Shown in pieces: positions 6,869-15,653 of a DNA stretch of 64,000 bases. The position numbers and the translations under genes are program-made. The first letter of the stretch is position 1. Each line of letters begins with the position of its first letter. The notes under the pieces were generated by a model, which made no database searches, was not told the origin of the DNA, and worked only from the letters and a program-made list of their open reading frames with translations. Source of the DNA: Candidatus Melainabacteria bacterium (GTDB taxonomy: Bacteria; Cyanobacteriota; Vampirovibrionia; 2-02-FULL-35-15). The stretch lies in assembly GCA_023250205.1 (NCBI GenBank), contig JAHFBE010000001.1, positions 2,110 to 66,109 of the forward strand, read 5' to 3'.

Positions 6869-9868
6869 GTGAAAAAGATTATTTCAATTTTCTTAATCAT
6901 CGTTTTTGCATTTGTTTCTTTTGAATGCATAAGCACAAATGATGCATATGCTTCTAAAAAAGGAAGCAAAAAAGCTGGCAATAGTAAAAAAGGTAAGGGT
7001 GGGAAATCATCCAAGACTTCTTCTCAAGTATTTAGCAATACTGGAGAAACCACTTTATATGGCAGTGTTCTAATACCAACTGCTGATGAAGCAAATGTAC
7101 TTTTACCATCAGCTCAATTCGCTCAGGTCAGAAATGCAGGGGTAGAAAATTTAATTTTTACTCTTACATCTGCAGTTGATTCAACTATGGCATATAACAT
7201 TCCAAGTGAATCAGCGACAATTCAAAACAAAACTCTTAATAAGAAGTCTGGGAAATATATTGTTATTAGTTTATTTACTTTAACAAATCAATCAGGAATA
7301 ACAGTTTCCCCAAGCTCATTACCTTCAGATCAATACAAAATCACTATATCTGATGGTGACAGCCTTAATATAACAACTGAATCTTTTAAATTTGAACCAC
7401 CTGCACTAGTAGTTGGTACTGCTAAAACACAAACTACAAGTATTGTAACTGTTGATGACTTATCTGGAGATATGATTTCAGATGGAGCAGTTACAACAAG
7501 TACAAATGGTGCATTCTTTACTGAAGTAAGAGCTCAAAAACTTTCTACTGATTCTTCAGGTAAAAGTAGAAAAATTCGAGCTCAAACAACTGACGATGGA
7601 ACTGGTACAGGAGATACTGAGCCAGTAGATGATGCCCCAATAGATCCTGGTATTGTTAATGTAAATGATGGTGAGTTAACAGCTCTTTGGCCACTTACAA
7701 ACGATCCAGAAGTAAATGAAGATCAAGCTAATAATCCAGGTGTAGTTGATGAAAACACAACTCAAGCACTTGACTTACTAATAGAATCTGCGGATGGAGA
7801 TCTGGACAAATTAGAGGAATTTGCAGATGACGTAGTAAATGACAAAGTCGATGAATTTCAAGATGATTCATCTAATTCAGATTCAGACAATTCAGATTCA
7901 GGTGATTGTCCTGATCCTAAATTGTTAGCTGATCAATGTTCAAGTCCTAATGCAGAGTTAGGAGAAAAAGTTTTACAAACTTATATCAATAATCCTGCAT
8001 GTCAATTTGATGGTAAACAATTCATTGCTACATTACCTGTCATTAAAATCGCAGAAGTTTATTGTGAAAAAGCTAATCAAGAATTTGATGATCAAAAACC
8101 TTGTGAAATTTTTGCAATGATTCTTGCTGATTCTAAAAAGAATCCAAACTTTAAATTACCTTGTCCTCCACATCAATGTACAGAATTTGCCAATGTAAAA
8201 AATTGTGTAAATCCAACTGAACTTTGTGGTGGTCCTGGTCCAAACGGTCCTCAACAAGGCCCATTAGCACAAGTTACAGGTGGTCCTCAACAAAGTCCTC
8301 CTCCTCAACAAGGTGGTGGCTTTGGTGGTCCTCAGCAAGGTCCTCCTCCTCAACAAGGTGGTGGCTTTGGCGGTCCTCAGCAAGGTCCTCCTCCTCAACA
8401 AGGTGGTGGCTTTGGTGGTCCTCAGCAAGGTCCTCCTCCTCAACAAGGTGGTCCTGGTAACGGATGCTTTGCTCCTCCTCCAAAGGATTTATTCTGTAAG
8501 CAAATTGGAAAAGATATTCAAGCTTCAGAATGTGTCCCGGATCAATTTGGCGGTCCACAATGGACTATTGCTTCAACAAATGATATTAAATTCTGTGTTC
8601 CTGATATGATATTTGCTCCTCCAGGATTTACAGGAACAGTTCCAACTTCTAGTGAAATTGCACAACAATGTACTTTAGGCTCCTGCCACAATGAATGTGA
8701 TAGCAAATTTGGAAGACCTTTCCAAACATTTGGATTACAAACATTTGGCGGTCCACAGCAAGGTAGTCCTCAACAAGGTCCTCCTCCTCAACAAGGTGGT
8801 CCTCAGCAAGGTGGTGGATTTGGTGGTGGTCCTGGAAATTTCCAAGAACCTCCTTCAGCAGTTTGCCATCAAAAATGTGAAGCTAAAGCTGGACACTTAT
8901 CATGTAATCCATTTTCTTTAGCATTCAGTAAAAATTGCTGTTCACAAACACAACCAAACTTTGCTGCACAATTCGTTGGTCCACAACAAGGTGGCGGCTT
9001 TGGCGGACAAGGCGGCGGCTTTGGCGGACAAGGTGGCGGCTTTGGCGGACAAGGTGGTGGGCAACGTCCTATTCCTCCTGGTGGTAATATTCAAAACTGC
9101 TTATGTAACTCAGGTACATTTGATAGTGATGGATTTATTACTCAAGATGCAATAAACACTTGTAAGAATTCATGCCCTGACGGTACTGAATTAGTACTAC
9201 TATCAAGTGGTCAAAATGGCTGCTTACCAAAATGTAAAGAAGGTCAAACAAGAGAACCAGGAAGTAATTTTTGCAAAGGTGGAAGCAATGAAAATGATTG
9301 CCCTCCAGGTCAAACATTAGGACCTGATGGTCAATGTAAACCTTCTGGTGGTCAATGTCCTCCAGGTCAAATACAAGGACCTGATGGTCAATGTAAACCT
9401 GGAAGCGGAGACCAAGGTGGATTTGGATGCGATCCAAAAGATCCAAATTGTAAGCCTGGTGCACCACAACAAGGTCCTCCTCAACAAGGCGCTCCTCAAC
9501 AAGGTCCTCCTCAACAAGGTCCTCCTCAACAAGGTCCTCCTCAACAAGGTCCTCCTCAACAAGGTCCTCCTCAACAAGGTCCTCCTCAACAAGGTCCTCC
9601 TCAACAAGGTCCTCCTCCTCAAGGTGGCGACCAAGGTGGTTTCCAACCTCCTCCACAAGGTGGTCAACAACCTCCTCCACAAGGTGGTCAACAACCTCCC
9701 CCACAAGGTGGTCAACAACCTCCTCCACAAGGTGGTTTCCAACCTCCTCCTGGCGGTGACGGCGGCGGTTCTCCACCTCCTCCACCACCACCTCCTCCTC
9801 CACCTCCTCCTGATGGCGGCGGCGGCGGTTCTCCACCACCACCACCTCCTCCTCCTCCTCCTGGTTAA
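6869..9868 (+). CDS. secreted Cys-rich, Pro/Gln/Gly-repeat giant protein (about 1000 aa)
   Basis: Likely GTG start at 6869, 5 nt after GGGAGG. N-terminal signal-like KKIISIFLIIVFAFVSFECISTNDAYA. Multiple in-frame tandem repeats, many Cys, polyproline C-terminus. Terminator follows. Confidence 0.8.
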   Translation: MKKIISIFLIIVFAFVSFECISTNDAYASKKGSKKAGNSKKGKGGKSSKTSSQVFSNTGETTLYGSVLIPTADEANVLLPSAQFAQVRNAGVENLIFTLTSAVDSTMAYNIPSESATIQNKTLNKKSGKYIVISLFTLTNQSGITVSPSSLPSDQYKITISDGDSLNITTESFKFEPPALVVGTAKTQTTSIVTVDDLSGDMISDGAVTTSTNGAFFTEVRAQKLSTDSSGKSRKIRAQTTDDGTGTGDTEPVDDAPIDPGIVNVNDGELTALWPLTNDPEVNEDQANNPGVVDENTTQALDLLIESADGDLDKLEEFADDVVNDKVDEFQDDSSNSDSDNSDSGDCPDPKLLADQCSSPNAELGEKVLQTYINNPACQFDGKQFIATLPVIKIAEVYCEKANQEFDDQKPCEIFAMILADSKKNPNFKLPCPPHQCTEFANVKNCVNPTELCGGPGPNGPQQGPLAQVTGGPQQSPPPQQGGGFGGPQQGPPPQQGGGFGGPQQGPPPQQGGGFGGPQQGPPPQQGGPGNGCFAPPPKDLFCKQIGKDIQASECVPDQFGGPQWTIASTNDIKFCVPDMIFAPPGFTGTVPTSSEIAQQCTLGSCHNECDSKFGRPFQTFGLQTFGGPQQGSPQQGPPPQQGGPQQGGGFGGGPGNFQEPPSAVCHQKCEAKAGHLSCNPFSLAFSKNCCSQTQPNFAAQFVGPQQGGGFGGQGGGFGGQGGGFGGQGGGQRPIPPGGNIQNCLCNSGTFDSDGFITQDAINTCKNSCPDGTELVLLSSGQNGCLPKCKEGQTREPGSNFCKGGSNENDCPPGQTLGPDGQCKPSGGQCPPGQIQGPDGQCKPGSGDQGGFGCDPKDPNCKPGAPQQGPPQQGAPQQGPPQQGPPQQGPPQQGPPQQGPPQQGPPQQGPPQQGPPPQGGDQGGFQPPPQGGQQPPPQGGQQPPPQGGQQPPPQGGFQPPPGGDGGGSPPPPPPPPPPPPPDGGGGGSPPPPPPPPPPG
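8279..8455 (+). repeat. 45-bp tandem repeat, about 4 units (GGPQQGPPPQQGGGF)
   Basis: Read directly in the giant CDS. Confidence 0.9.
8990..9064 (+). repeat. 21-bp tandem repeat, about 3.5 units (GGGFGGQ)
   Basis: ggtggcggctttggcggacaa repeated. Confidence 0.9.
9467..9616 (+). repeat. 15-bp tandem repeat, 10 units (QQGPP)
   Basis: caacaaggtcctcct repeated, nearly perfect. Confidence 0.92.
9632..9751 (+). repeat. 24-bp tandem repeat, 5 units (QGGQQPPP / QGGFQPPP)
   Basis: caaggtggtcaacaacctcctcca repeated. Confidence 0.9.
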
Positions 9869-9886
9869 ATAGATAATAAAACATCA

Positions 9887-9921
9887 AAAGCCCTCTGAAT
9901 AAACTTAGAGGGCTTTTTTTT
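9887..9921. terminator. bidirectional rho-independent terminator between convergent genes
   Basis: AAAGCCCTCT ... AGAGGGCTTT stem flanked by an A-run and a T-run. Confidence 0.8.
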
Positions 9922-9935
9922 ATTCTATGGATTAT

Positions 9936-11435
9936 TTAATTACAGTAATATTCCCAAATAAAATACTTATGCGGGCCAGACACTTTATAATCTGGTAATT
10001 GTTCTTTATATATTAAATATGTTTCTAGTTTTGAAAGTTTCTTATCTCCAGAATGATTTTCATTCCACTTGCGACATAAATACCAGGAAAGGTTTGGAAG
10101 AATATTTGCTCTAGCATTTGGAAACCAACCAAGATTTAACAGAAATGCTCTCCAATGCCTGTTTTTAAAAGTCTTTGTCGGATACTTTGGGGTTTTCCAT
10201 TTAACTGGCTTACCATCTCTAAATACATCAATTTTTGTTCCATCCTTTAAAGTCCCAACAAAAACAAACCAAAAACTTGTTCTCGTAGGTGGAGCATACA
10301 TAGCCCATTTCTGATCTATTCTTAATGTATGTCCAATCCATTGTAAAGAATTTGGGATTTGATATTTTGGATACAGTGTCCAATAATTCCAAGCAAGTAT
10401 ATAGACAAACAAAAATCCAACAATCAAATTTAAGCCAAGTGTTTGTTTAACAGAAATTATTTTTTTACATATAACTAACTTACCAATTAGATTCCTACTA
10501 CTAAAGAAAAATTTGTTTAAAGAATCACTTACCTTATTAAATAAATTTATTTTCAGTATTAAACTATCCCAAATTTGTGACGGTAAAAACAAAATCATAG
10601 AAATCGATGATACCCATGGAAAAAAAGCGATTTCCATAGACGATCCCATTCCAATTTGAAATAAAATAAAAGCTAATATCATAAGTGTTCTTATAAAAAC
10701 TGTAAATATTGGAGAGAAAAGAAGCACAGTTCCTATAAATTCAAACCAATATGCTCCATACGTAAGAACTTTCATAAGCTCTGGTTTACTAAAAATGAAT
10801 CTCCCAAACGGTGTTATATAGTGATCATGACTTAAGGCATAGTAGACTGCTGTACCATTAGTCCACTCTTCAGTTCTGTGTTTAAAAACAATTGTTATTA
10901 AATACATAAGAGCTATCTGAGCAAGTATTGCAATGGTAGCCATTGAAAGCATTTTACTCGGAAGCTTCTCTTTAGATGGATTTAAAATACTATCCACCGA
11001 ATAGCATGCACCGAGTGGCAAGAACATACTCCAAAAGAGCATTTGCCTGAGTAATTCATCTCCTCCATTTGATAAAATCGGATTTCTAACATGCACTGAG
11101 AGCAACAAGAACCAGGATACAATAGTTGAAAGCTTTGTATTCAATCCTATTAATAATAAAAATGCAAATACTATAGCCATCAAAAAAATAAAAGCCTGAA
11201 CATAAAGACTTCCACTAATCATATTTAATGAAATATAGTTAGTATTGTAGTTGCCCATTTGCAAAATTCTGGTAAAGATTCCACTATCCGAATAAAAAGG
11301 TTCTAAATCACGAAATCGTTGAACAACATCAATGATTATTACCAATGCTATGCACATTCGAAATAAAGCTAGTGATCGTAAATCAATTCCAAACAATTGT
11401 TGAAATTTTTCTTTTATCCCATTTTTACTTTTCAT
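9936..11435 (-). CDS. HTTM-domain (vitamin K-dependent gamma-carboxylase-like) polytopic membrane protein
   Basis: N-terminal FGIDLRSLALFRMCIALVIIIDVV...FYSDSGI pattern, many TM helices, C-terminal DQKWAMYAPP block; recognised from memory of the family. Confidence 0.65.
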   Translation of the reverse strand: MKSKNGIKEKFQQLFGIDLRSLALFRMCIALVIIIDVVQRFRDLEPFYSDSGIFTRILQMGNYNTNYISLNMISGSLYVQAFIFLMAIVFAFLLLIGLNTKLSTIVSWFLLLSVHVRNPILSNGGDELLRQMLFWSMFLPLGACYSVDSILNPSKEKLPSKMLSMATIAILAQIALMYLITIVFKHRTEEWTNGTAVYYALSHDHYITPFGRFIFSKPELMKVLTYGAYWFEFIGTVLLFSPIFTVFIRTLMILAFILFQIGMGSSMEIAFFPWVSSISMILFLPSQIWDSLILKINLFNKVSDSLNKFFFSSRNLIGKLVICKKIISVKQTLGLNLIVGFLFVYILAWNYWTLYPKYQIPNSLQWIGHTLRIDQKWAMYAPPTRTSFWFVFVGTLKDGTKIDVFRDGKPVKWKTPKYPTKTFKNRHWRAFLLNLGWFPNARANILPNLSWYLCRKWNENHSGDKKLSKLETYLIYKEQLPDYKVSGPHKYFIWEYYCN

Positions 11436-11544
11436 AATAAGTAACAGTTTACAATTTATTCATGAAAAAGAAATAATCCGTAGGAATGAGTTTACGAACA
11501 AAGGTAAAGAATTTTACAAAACAACTAATACAATTTGGAACTTT

Positions 11545-12393
11545 TTATTTAACAGCTTGCAAAGAAAAGTATTTTTCTTTTATCCATTCAGGCTTTGCAA
11601 ATAGTTTTTCGTGAATTTCTTCATTCCAGTATTTTGTTTTTCCACTTGGAATATTTTTGATTTTCTTATCTAGGGGCTTATTTGAAGCAATTAAAAAAGA
11701 CCACATACAACCCGGGTATATAGGAATCATTGAAACAATAGCATCCACATATTTAAATGCTGTTCTAATATTTTCAAGGCTCATTTTAAATTCATTTTCC
11801 TGGATTAACAATGATCCACTTTGACAAATATAAATTCCATTTTCCTTTAAAGCTTTACTTGCATTTTTATAAAAATCCTTACTAATCAATCCAGCCGCAA
11901 ATCCCTCCGGATCTGTAGAGTCGCACAAAATAACATCATAAGATTTTTCTTGAGCATTTTTCATATACTCAATTGCGTCGTTTAATTTAATTTTTAACTT
12001 AGGATTATTCAACTCACAGGCAATTTCAGGGAAGTATTTTTTTGATACATTAATTACTTCTTCATCAATTTCAACAAGTTCAATATCTTCAACTGACTTA
12101 TACTTAAGAACTTCTCTTACTGTTCCCCCATCTCCACCACCAATTACCATGATTTTTTTGGGGCGTGGGTGAATTGAAACGGCTGGATGAACTATTGATT
12201 CGTGATAGTAGAATTCATCTTTTTCAGAAACCATTGTTTTTCCATCAAGAAGCATAAGGTTCCCCATAGTAACAGTATCCAGAATTTCAATATTCTGATA
12301 TTTGGATTTTTTCGAGTAAAGCGAGCCTTTAGTTTTTATTGCTGTAGCAAAAGGCATATCATCTTCAAAGAACCATCCATCTTTCATTAACAT
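11545..12393 (-). CDS. speE: spermidine synthase
   Basis: VIGGGDGGTVREVLK and DSTDPEG motifs; 282 aa. Confidence 0.9.
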   Translation of the reverse strand: MLMKDGWFFEDDMPFATAIKTKGSLYSKKSKYQNIEILDTVTMGNLMLLDGKTMVSEKDEFYYHESIVHPAVSIHPRPKKIMVIGGGDGGTVREVLKYKSVEDIELVEIDEEVINVSKKYFPEIACELNNPKLKIKLNDAIEYMKNAQEKSYDVILCDSTDPEGFAAGLISKDFYKNASKALKENGIYICQSGSLLIQENEFKMSLENIRTAFKYVDAIVSMIPIYPGCMWSFLIASNKPLDKKIKNIPSGKTKYWNEEIHEKLFAKPEWIKEKYFSLQAVK

Positions 12394-13011
12394 TTATTTT
12401 CTCCCAACCAAGTTTTTTTCCATCACAATTTTTTGTTTGCTTTTTTCAATTACATTTTTCATCCAGGTCTGCGTAGCATTCTTTTGTCCCTGATAATGCC
12501 CTTTTTGTTTATACGATCTCATTACAGGAATATTTCTTTGAAAAACCATCTGGGCTATGGGCTGTCCATTTTTTAACAGCAGTGGTGCTTTACCTTGATT
12601 TGTTAACTCTACGACTGCAGCTCCTTCAAATCCTGAATCAAATAATCCAGCAGACTCTACATAAAGCCCTACTCGTGCCCAGCTAGACTTTCCCTGAAGG
12701 ACTCCATGCAATGCAGAACCAAAATAAAAGTATTCTTGCGTAACAGCTAAAACAAAATCACCTGGTTTTAAAACAAACTCATCAACTATAATTTCTTCAA
12801 AAGAACCATCGCTTAACTGAATCGCAAAATGATTTCCTAGGTGAACATCCAAGCTATTGGGCTGAATAGCTTCATCCCTATAATTATCAATTTTCAAAAG
12901 TCCTAACTTTAAATATAGTTTTAATTGCCAATCAACAAGATTTCCACTTGAGAAAAATAAAAGATAAATTCCAAAAATGAAAAGTGTTATTAATAATATA
13001 GAAAGAATCAT
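12394..13011 (-). CDS. dcd: dCTP deaminase family protein with a hydrophobic N-terminal extension
   Basis: IQPNSLDVHLG, GKSSWARVGL and GFEGAAVVELTN blocks; the first ~22 aa are hydrophobic. Confidence 0.8.
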   Translation of the reverse strand: MILSILLITLFIFGIYLLFFSSGNLVDWQLKLYLKLGLLKIDNYRDEAIQPNSLDVHLGNHFAIQLSDGSFEEIIVDEFVLKPGDFVLAVTQEYFYFGSALHGVLQGKSSWARVGLYVESAGLFDSGFEGAAVVELTNQGKAPLLLKNGQPIAQMVFQRNIPVMRSYKQKGHYQGQKNATQTWMKNVIEKSKQKIVMEKNLVGRK

Positions 13012-13031
13012 ATCTAAGTATTATATATTGT

Positions 13032-13057
13032 TAGGAACGTAGCATGCTACGTTCCTA
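13032..13057. repeat. 26-bp perfect palindrome TAGGAACGTAGCATGCTACGTTCCTA (GTAGG...CCTAC family)
   Basis: Read directly; contains the purN stop codon and its last codons. Confidence 0.85.
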
Positions 13058-13649
13058 CTTTCACAAAGACCTTCCCAATAGCCTCAATTAACAATTTATG
13101 CTCTTCTATCAATATTCTCTTTGATAGACTTTCTACCGTATCACCAGGTATTACAGGTATCTTCCTTTGAGCAATAATAGGACCAGCATCTACTTCAGCA
13201 GTAACAAAATGAACAGTACAACCACTTTCTTTTACAGCGCTTTTTAATACCGCTTCATGAACATATTTTCCGTACATTCCTTTTCCACCAAAATCTGGCA
13301 AAAGCGCCGGGTGAATATTTATAATTTTATTTGTAAATGCATTAATAAATTCTTCACTTAAAACTTTCATATATCCAGCAAGAACAATTAAATCAACATT
13401 ATAATTACTAATAGTTTTTATTAAATTTTTATCGTATTCAATACTGCTTACAAAATCCTTTGGGTTAACAAAGATTGCATTAATACCAGCACTTCTTGCT
13501 CTTTCAAGAGCAAAGGCATCTTTTTTATTTGAAATTACAGCAGCTATTTCAACATAATTTAACTTACCCGCTTTTATCGCATCAATTATTGCCTGTAAGT
13601 TTGTACCTGATCCCGAAGCTAGTACTACTATTTTTCTTTTTAATGACAT
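13047..13649 (-). CDS. purN: phosphoribosylglycinamide formyltransferase
   Basis: VLASGSGTNLQAIIDA and INIHPALLP motifs; 200 aa. Confidence 0.92.
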   Translation of the reverse strand: MSLKRKIVVLASGSGTNLQAIIDAIKAGKLNYVEIAAVISNKKDAFALERARSAGINAIFVNPKDFVSSIEYDKNLIKTISNYNVDLIVLAGYMKVLSEEFINAFTNKIINIHPALLPDFGGKGMYGKYVHEAVLKSAVKESGCTVHFVTAEVDAGPIIAQRKIPVIPGDTVESLSKRILIEEHKLLIEAIGKVFVKVGT

Positions 13650-13652
13650 TGT

Positions 13653-13778
13653 TTAATTTGTAATTTGTTGAATAATGGTATTTAACAAAGTATCTTTGAT
13701 CAACAAAGCTTTCTTTTTTGAAAAGACTGCTTTTTTGCTCTTCATAACAAATGATTTCTTCTGTTTTGTCTTTTTCAT
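13653..13778 (-). CDS. possible small basic protein, 41 aa (MKKTKQKKSFVMKSKKAVFSKKKALL...)
   Basis: Below the ORF-track cutoff. ATG 4 nt after GGGAGGA; fills the kpsF-purN gap exactly (stop 3 nt before the purN start). Confidence 0.35.
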   Translation of the reverse strand: MKKTKQKKSFVMKSKKAVFSKKKALLIKDTLLNTIIQQITN

Positions 13779-13788
13779 AAATCCTCCC

Positions 13789-14784
13789 TTAGATAATTCC
13801 TTTTTTTAAAAGATCTTTTAAATCCACAATTCCAACAGGTTTGCGTGATTTATTTAAAACAATTAGGTCTGATATCCTGAAATCTTCCATAATTTTTAGT
13901 GCACTTGCCGCAAGGTCATTTTCATTTATAATTTTTGGACTTCTGTTCATTAGACATAATGCTGTTTTTGAAGATACTTCTCCTTCAGCTTTTAAATATG
14001 CCCTTCTTATATCTCCATCAGTTATTGATCCAACAAGTTCATCTTCACTATTTAAAACTGTAGTAAACCCAAGCTTCTTATCGTTGATTTCCTCAAGAAC
14101 TTTATTAAAAGGAGTACTTTCTCTTACAACCGGAATTTCTTTATCACTCCTCATTACATCTTTAACCTTTATCAAGTTCTTACCAAGTGAACCTCCTGGA
14201 TGAGACTTTGCAAAATCTTCTGTAGTAAATCCTTTTCTTTGCATAAGAGTAACAGCAATTGCATCACCAAGCGCTAATGTAGCTGTAGTACTTGCAGTAG
14301 GTGCAAGGTTTAAAGGACAAGCTTCTTTTTCAACTTTTACATATAGTGAAACATCACTACTTTGAGCGAGAGTAGAACTTTCATTCCCTGTTATGGATAT
14401 AAGCTTTATACCAAGTCTTTTAATTGGGAATAAGATTTTCTTTAATTCATCAGTTTCGCCAGAAAATGAAAGAGCTAACATTACATCACTACTAGTAAGC
14501 ATTCCAAAATCACCGTGTGCCAGTTCTGCTGGATGAACAAAAAATGCAGGAGAGCCCGTACTTGCAAGAGTGGCAGCAATCTTACTTCCAATATGCCCTG
14601 ATTTTCCCATTCCAGTTACAACTATTCTTCCCTTACAAGAAAACAGGATATCAATAGCACAATCAAAATCTTTAGACTGTTTTTTCTCAAGATCATTAAT
14701 AAGATCCTTAATGGCCTTTTGTTCTATTGCAAGGACTTCAATAGCATTTTTAGTATTTTCAGATATTGTAAGTATTTGCGACAT
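13789..14784 (-). CDS. kpsF: arabinose-5-phosphate isomerase (KpsF/GutQ family; SIS plus tandem CBS domains)
   Basis: VTGMGKSGHIG SIS motif and two C-terminal CBS-like repeats; start taken at the ATG (MSQILT) rather than the upstream GTG at 14802. Confidence 0.9.
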   Translation of the reverse strand: MSQILTISENTKNAIEVLAIEQKAIKDLINDLEKKQSKDFDCAIDILFSCKGRIVVTGMGKSGHIGSKIAATLASTGSPAFFVHPAELAHGDFGMLTSSDVMLALSFSGETDELKKILFPIKRLGIKLISITGNESSTLAQSSDVSLYVKVEKEACPLNLAPTASTTATLALGDAIAVTLMQRKGFTTEDFAKSHPGGSLGKNLIKVKDVMRSDKEIPVVRESTPFNKVLEEINDKKLGFTTVLNSEDELVGSITDGDIRRAYLKAEGEVSSKTALCLMNRSPKIINENDLAASALKIMEDFRISDLIVLNKSRKPVGIVDLKDLLKKGII

Positions 14785-14849
14785 ATTTATATAATACAAC
14801 ACCCGTAGGTATGGGGTATGCTAACAAATCGAGAATAAACAGCATAAAT

Positions 14850-14926
14850 GTCATTGCGAGCCGAATGAAATGAGGCGTGGCAATCCCGATCGGGACTGCT
14901 TCGTCGCTCATGCTCCTCGCAGTGAC
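14850..14926. repeat. MITE-like palindromic element (short copy)
   Basis: GTCATTGCGAGCCGAATGAAATGAGGCGTGGCAATCCCGATCGGGACTGCTTCGTCGCTCATGCTCCTCGCAGTGAC. Confidence 0.8.
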
Positions 14927-14963
14927 ATGTTAAAGTTATCCTCGAAAAGTTTACACACCCCAC

Positions 14964-14995
14964 CCGTAGGTACGCGATTAATCGCATACCTACGG
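14964..14995. repeat. 32-bp near-perfect palindrome CCGTAGGTACGCGATTAATCGCATACCTACGG in the kpsF/trmL divergent intergenic region
   Basis: Read directly, one mismatch; a half-site CACCCGTAGGTA recurs at 14800-14811. Confidence 0.8.
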
Positions 14996-15008
14996 ATATA
15001 ATTAATTT

Positions 15009-15653
15009 ATGGTAATCCGTTCTAAACAAAGATTAAATATTTTTAAGCCCTACAACATTGTTCTTGTAGAACCTGAAATACCTCCAAATACAGGCAACAT
15101 AGCTCGACTCTGTTCTGCAACAAACACAAAGTTACACCTTGTGCATCCTTTAGGATTTAAGATTTCAGATAAAGAACTTAAAAGAGCAGGTCTTGATTAC
15201 TGGCATTTGCTGGATGTACAAGAATATCAAAATTGGGAGGAATTTTATCTAAACCACTCTACAAAACGTCATTGCGAGAAGCCCTCACGCTTCGCTCAGG
15301 GTAAACTCCGCGACGAAGCAATCTCCAAAACGTTAGGGGATTGCCATGTCGGTGCTAGCGCCCCTCCTCGCAATGACAGTGAAGTAAAATTTTGGTACAT
15401 CTCTACCCGCGGTGAAAAAAACATCTGGGATGTAGAATTTAATCCAGGAGATTATTTAATCTTTGGGAGCGAGACAAAAGGACTAAGCGAAAATATTGTA
15501 GAAGATAAAAGAAACAAAGATTCCATAATTTCTATTCCAATGAACGGTAAAGCCAGAAGCTTAAACCTTTCTACTGCAGCTGGCATTGTATTATATGAAG
15601 CATTAAGGCAAGTGACTGTGGAAAAAAAACTAATTAAGTTAACGTCAATATGA
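15009..15653 (+). CDS. trmL: tRNA (cytidine/uridine-2'-O)-methyltransferase TrmL (SpoU family) carrying a 39-aa repeat-derived insertion
   Basis: NIVLVEPEIPPNTGNIARLC and SLNLSTAAGIVLYEALRQ match TrmL; the extra length is accounted for by the element at 15268-15376. Confidence 0.85.
   Translation: MVIRSKQRLNIFKPYNIVLVEPEIPPNTGNIARLCSATNTKLHLVHPLGFKISDKELKRAGLDYWHLLDVQEYQNWEEFYLNHSTKRHCEKPSRFAQGKLRDEAISKTLGDCHVGASAPPRNDSEVKFWYISTRGEKNIWDVEFNPGDYLIFGSETKGLSENIVEDKRNKDSIISIPMNGKARSLNLSTAAGIVLYEALRQVTVEKKLIKLTSI
15268..15376. repeat. MITE-like palindromic element inside the trmL reading frame
   Basis: GTCATTGCGAGAAG...GACGAAGCAATCTCCAAAACGTTAGGGGATTGCC...CCTCCTCGCAATGAC; translated RHCEKPSRFAQGKLRDEAISKTLGDCHVGASAPPRNDSE. 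Confidence 0.85.

Noticed and set aside
8224-9887. Many alternative-frame and antisense ORFs in the track (8224-8460, 8264-8446, 8274-8558, 8280-8609, 8691-8921, 8961-9155, 9138-9887, 9317-9742, 9327-9872)
   Set aside because: They all lie inside the tandem-repeat half of the giant gene and translate to repeat-derived low-complexity strings (LLNKV, EEDLV, RRTLL). Stop-free alternative frames are expected from CCT/CAA/GGT repeats. Only the frame with a signal peptide, an SD-preceded start and a terminator is credible.
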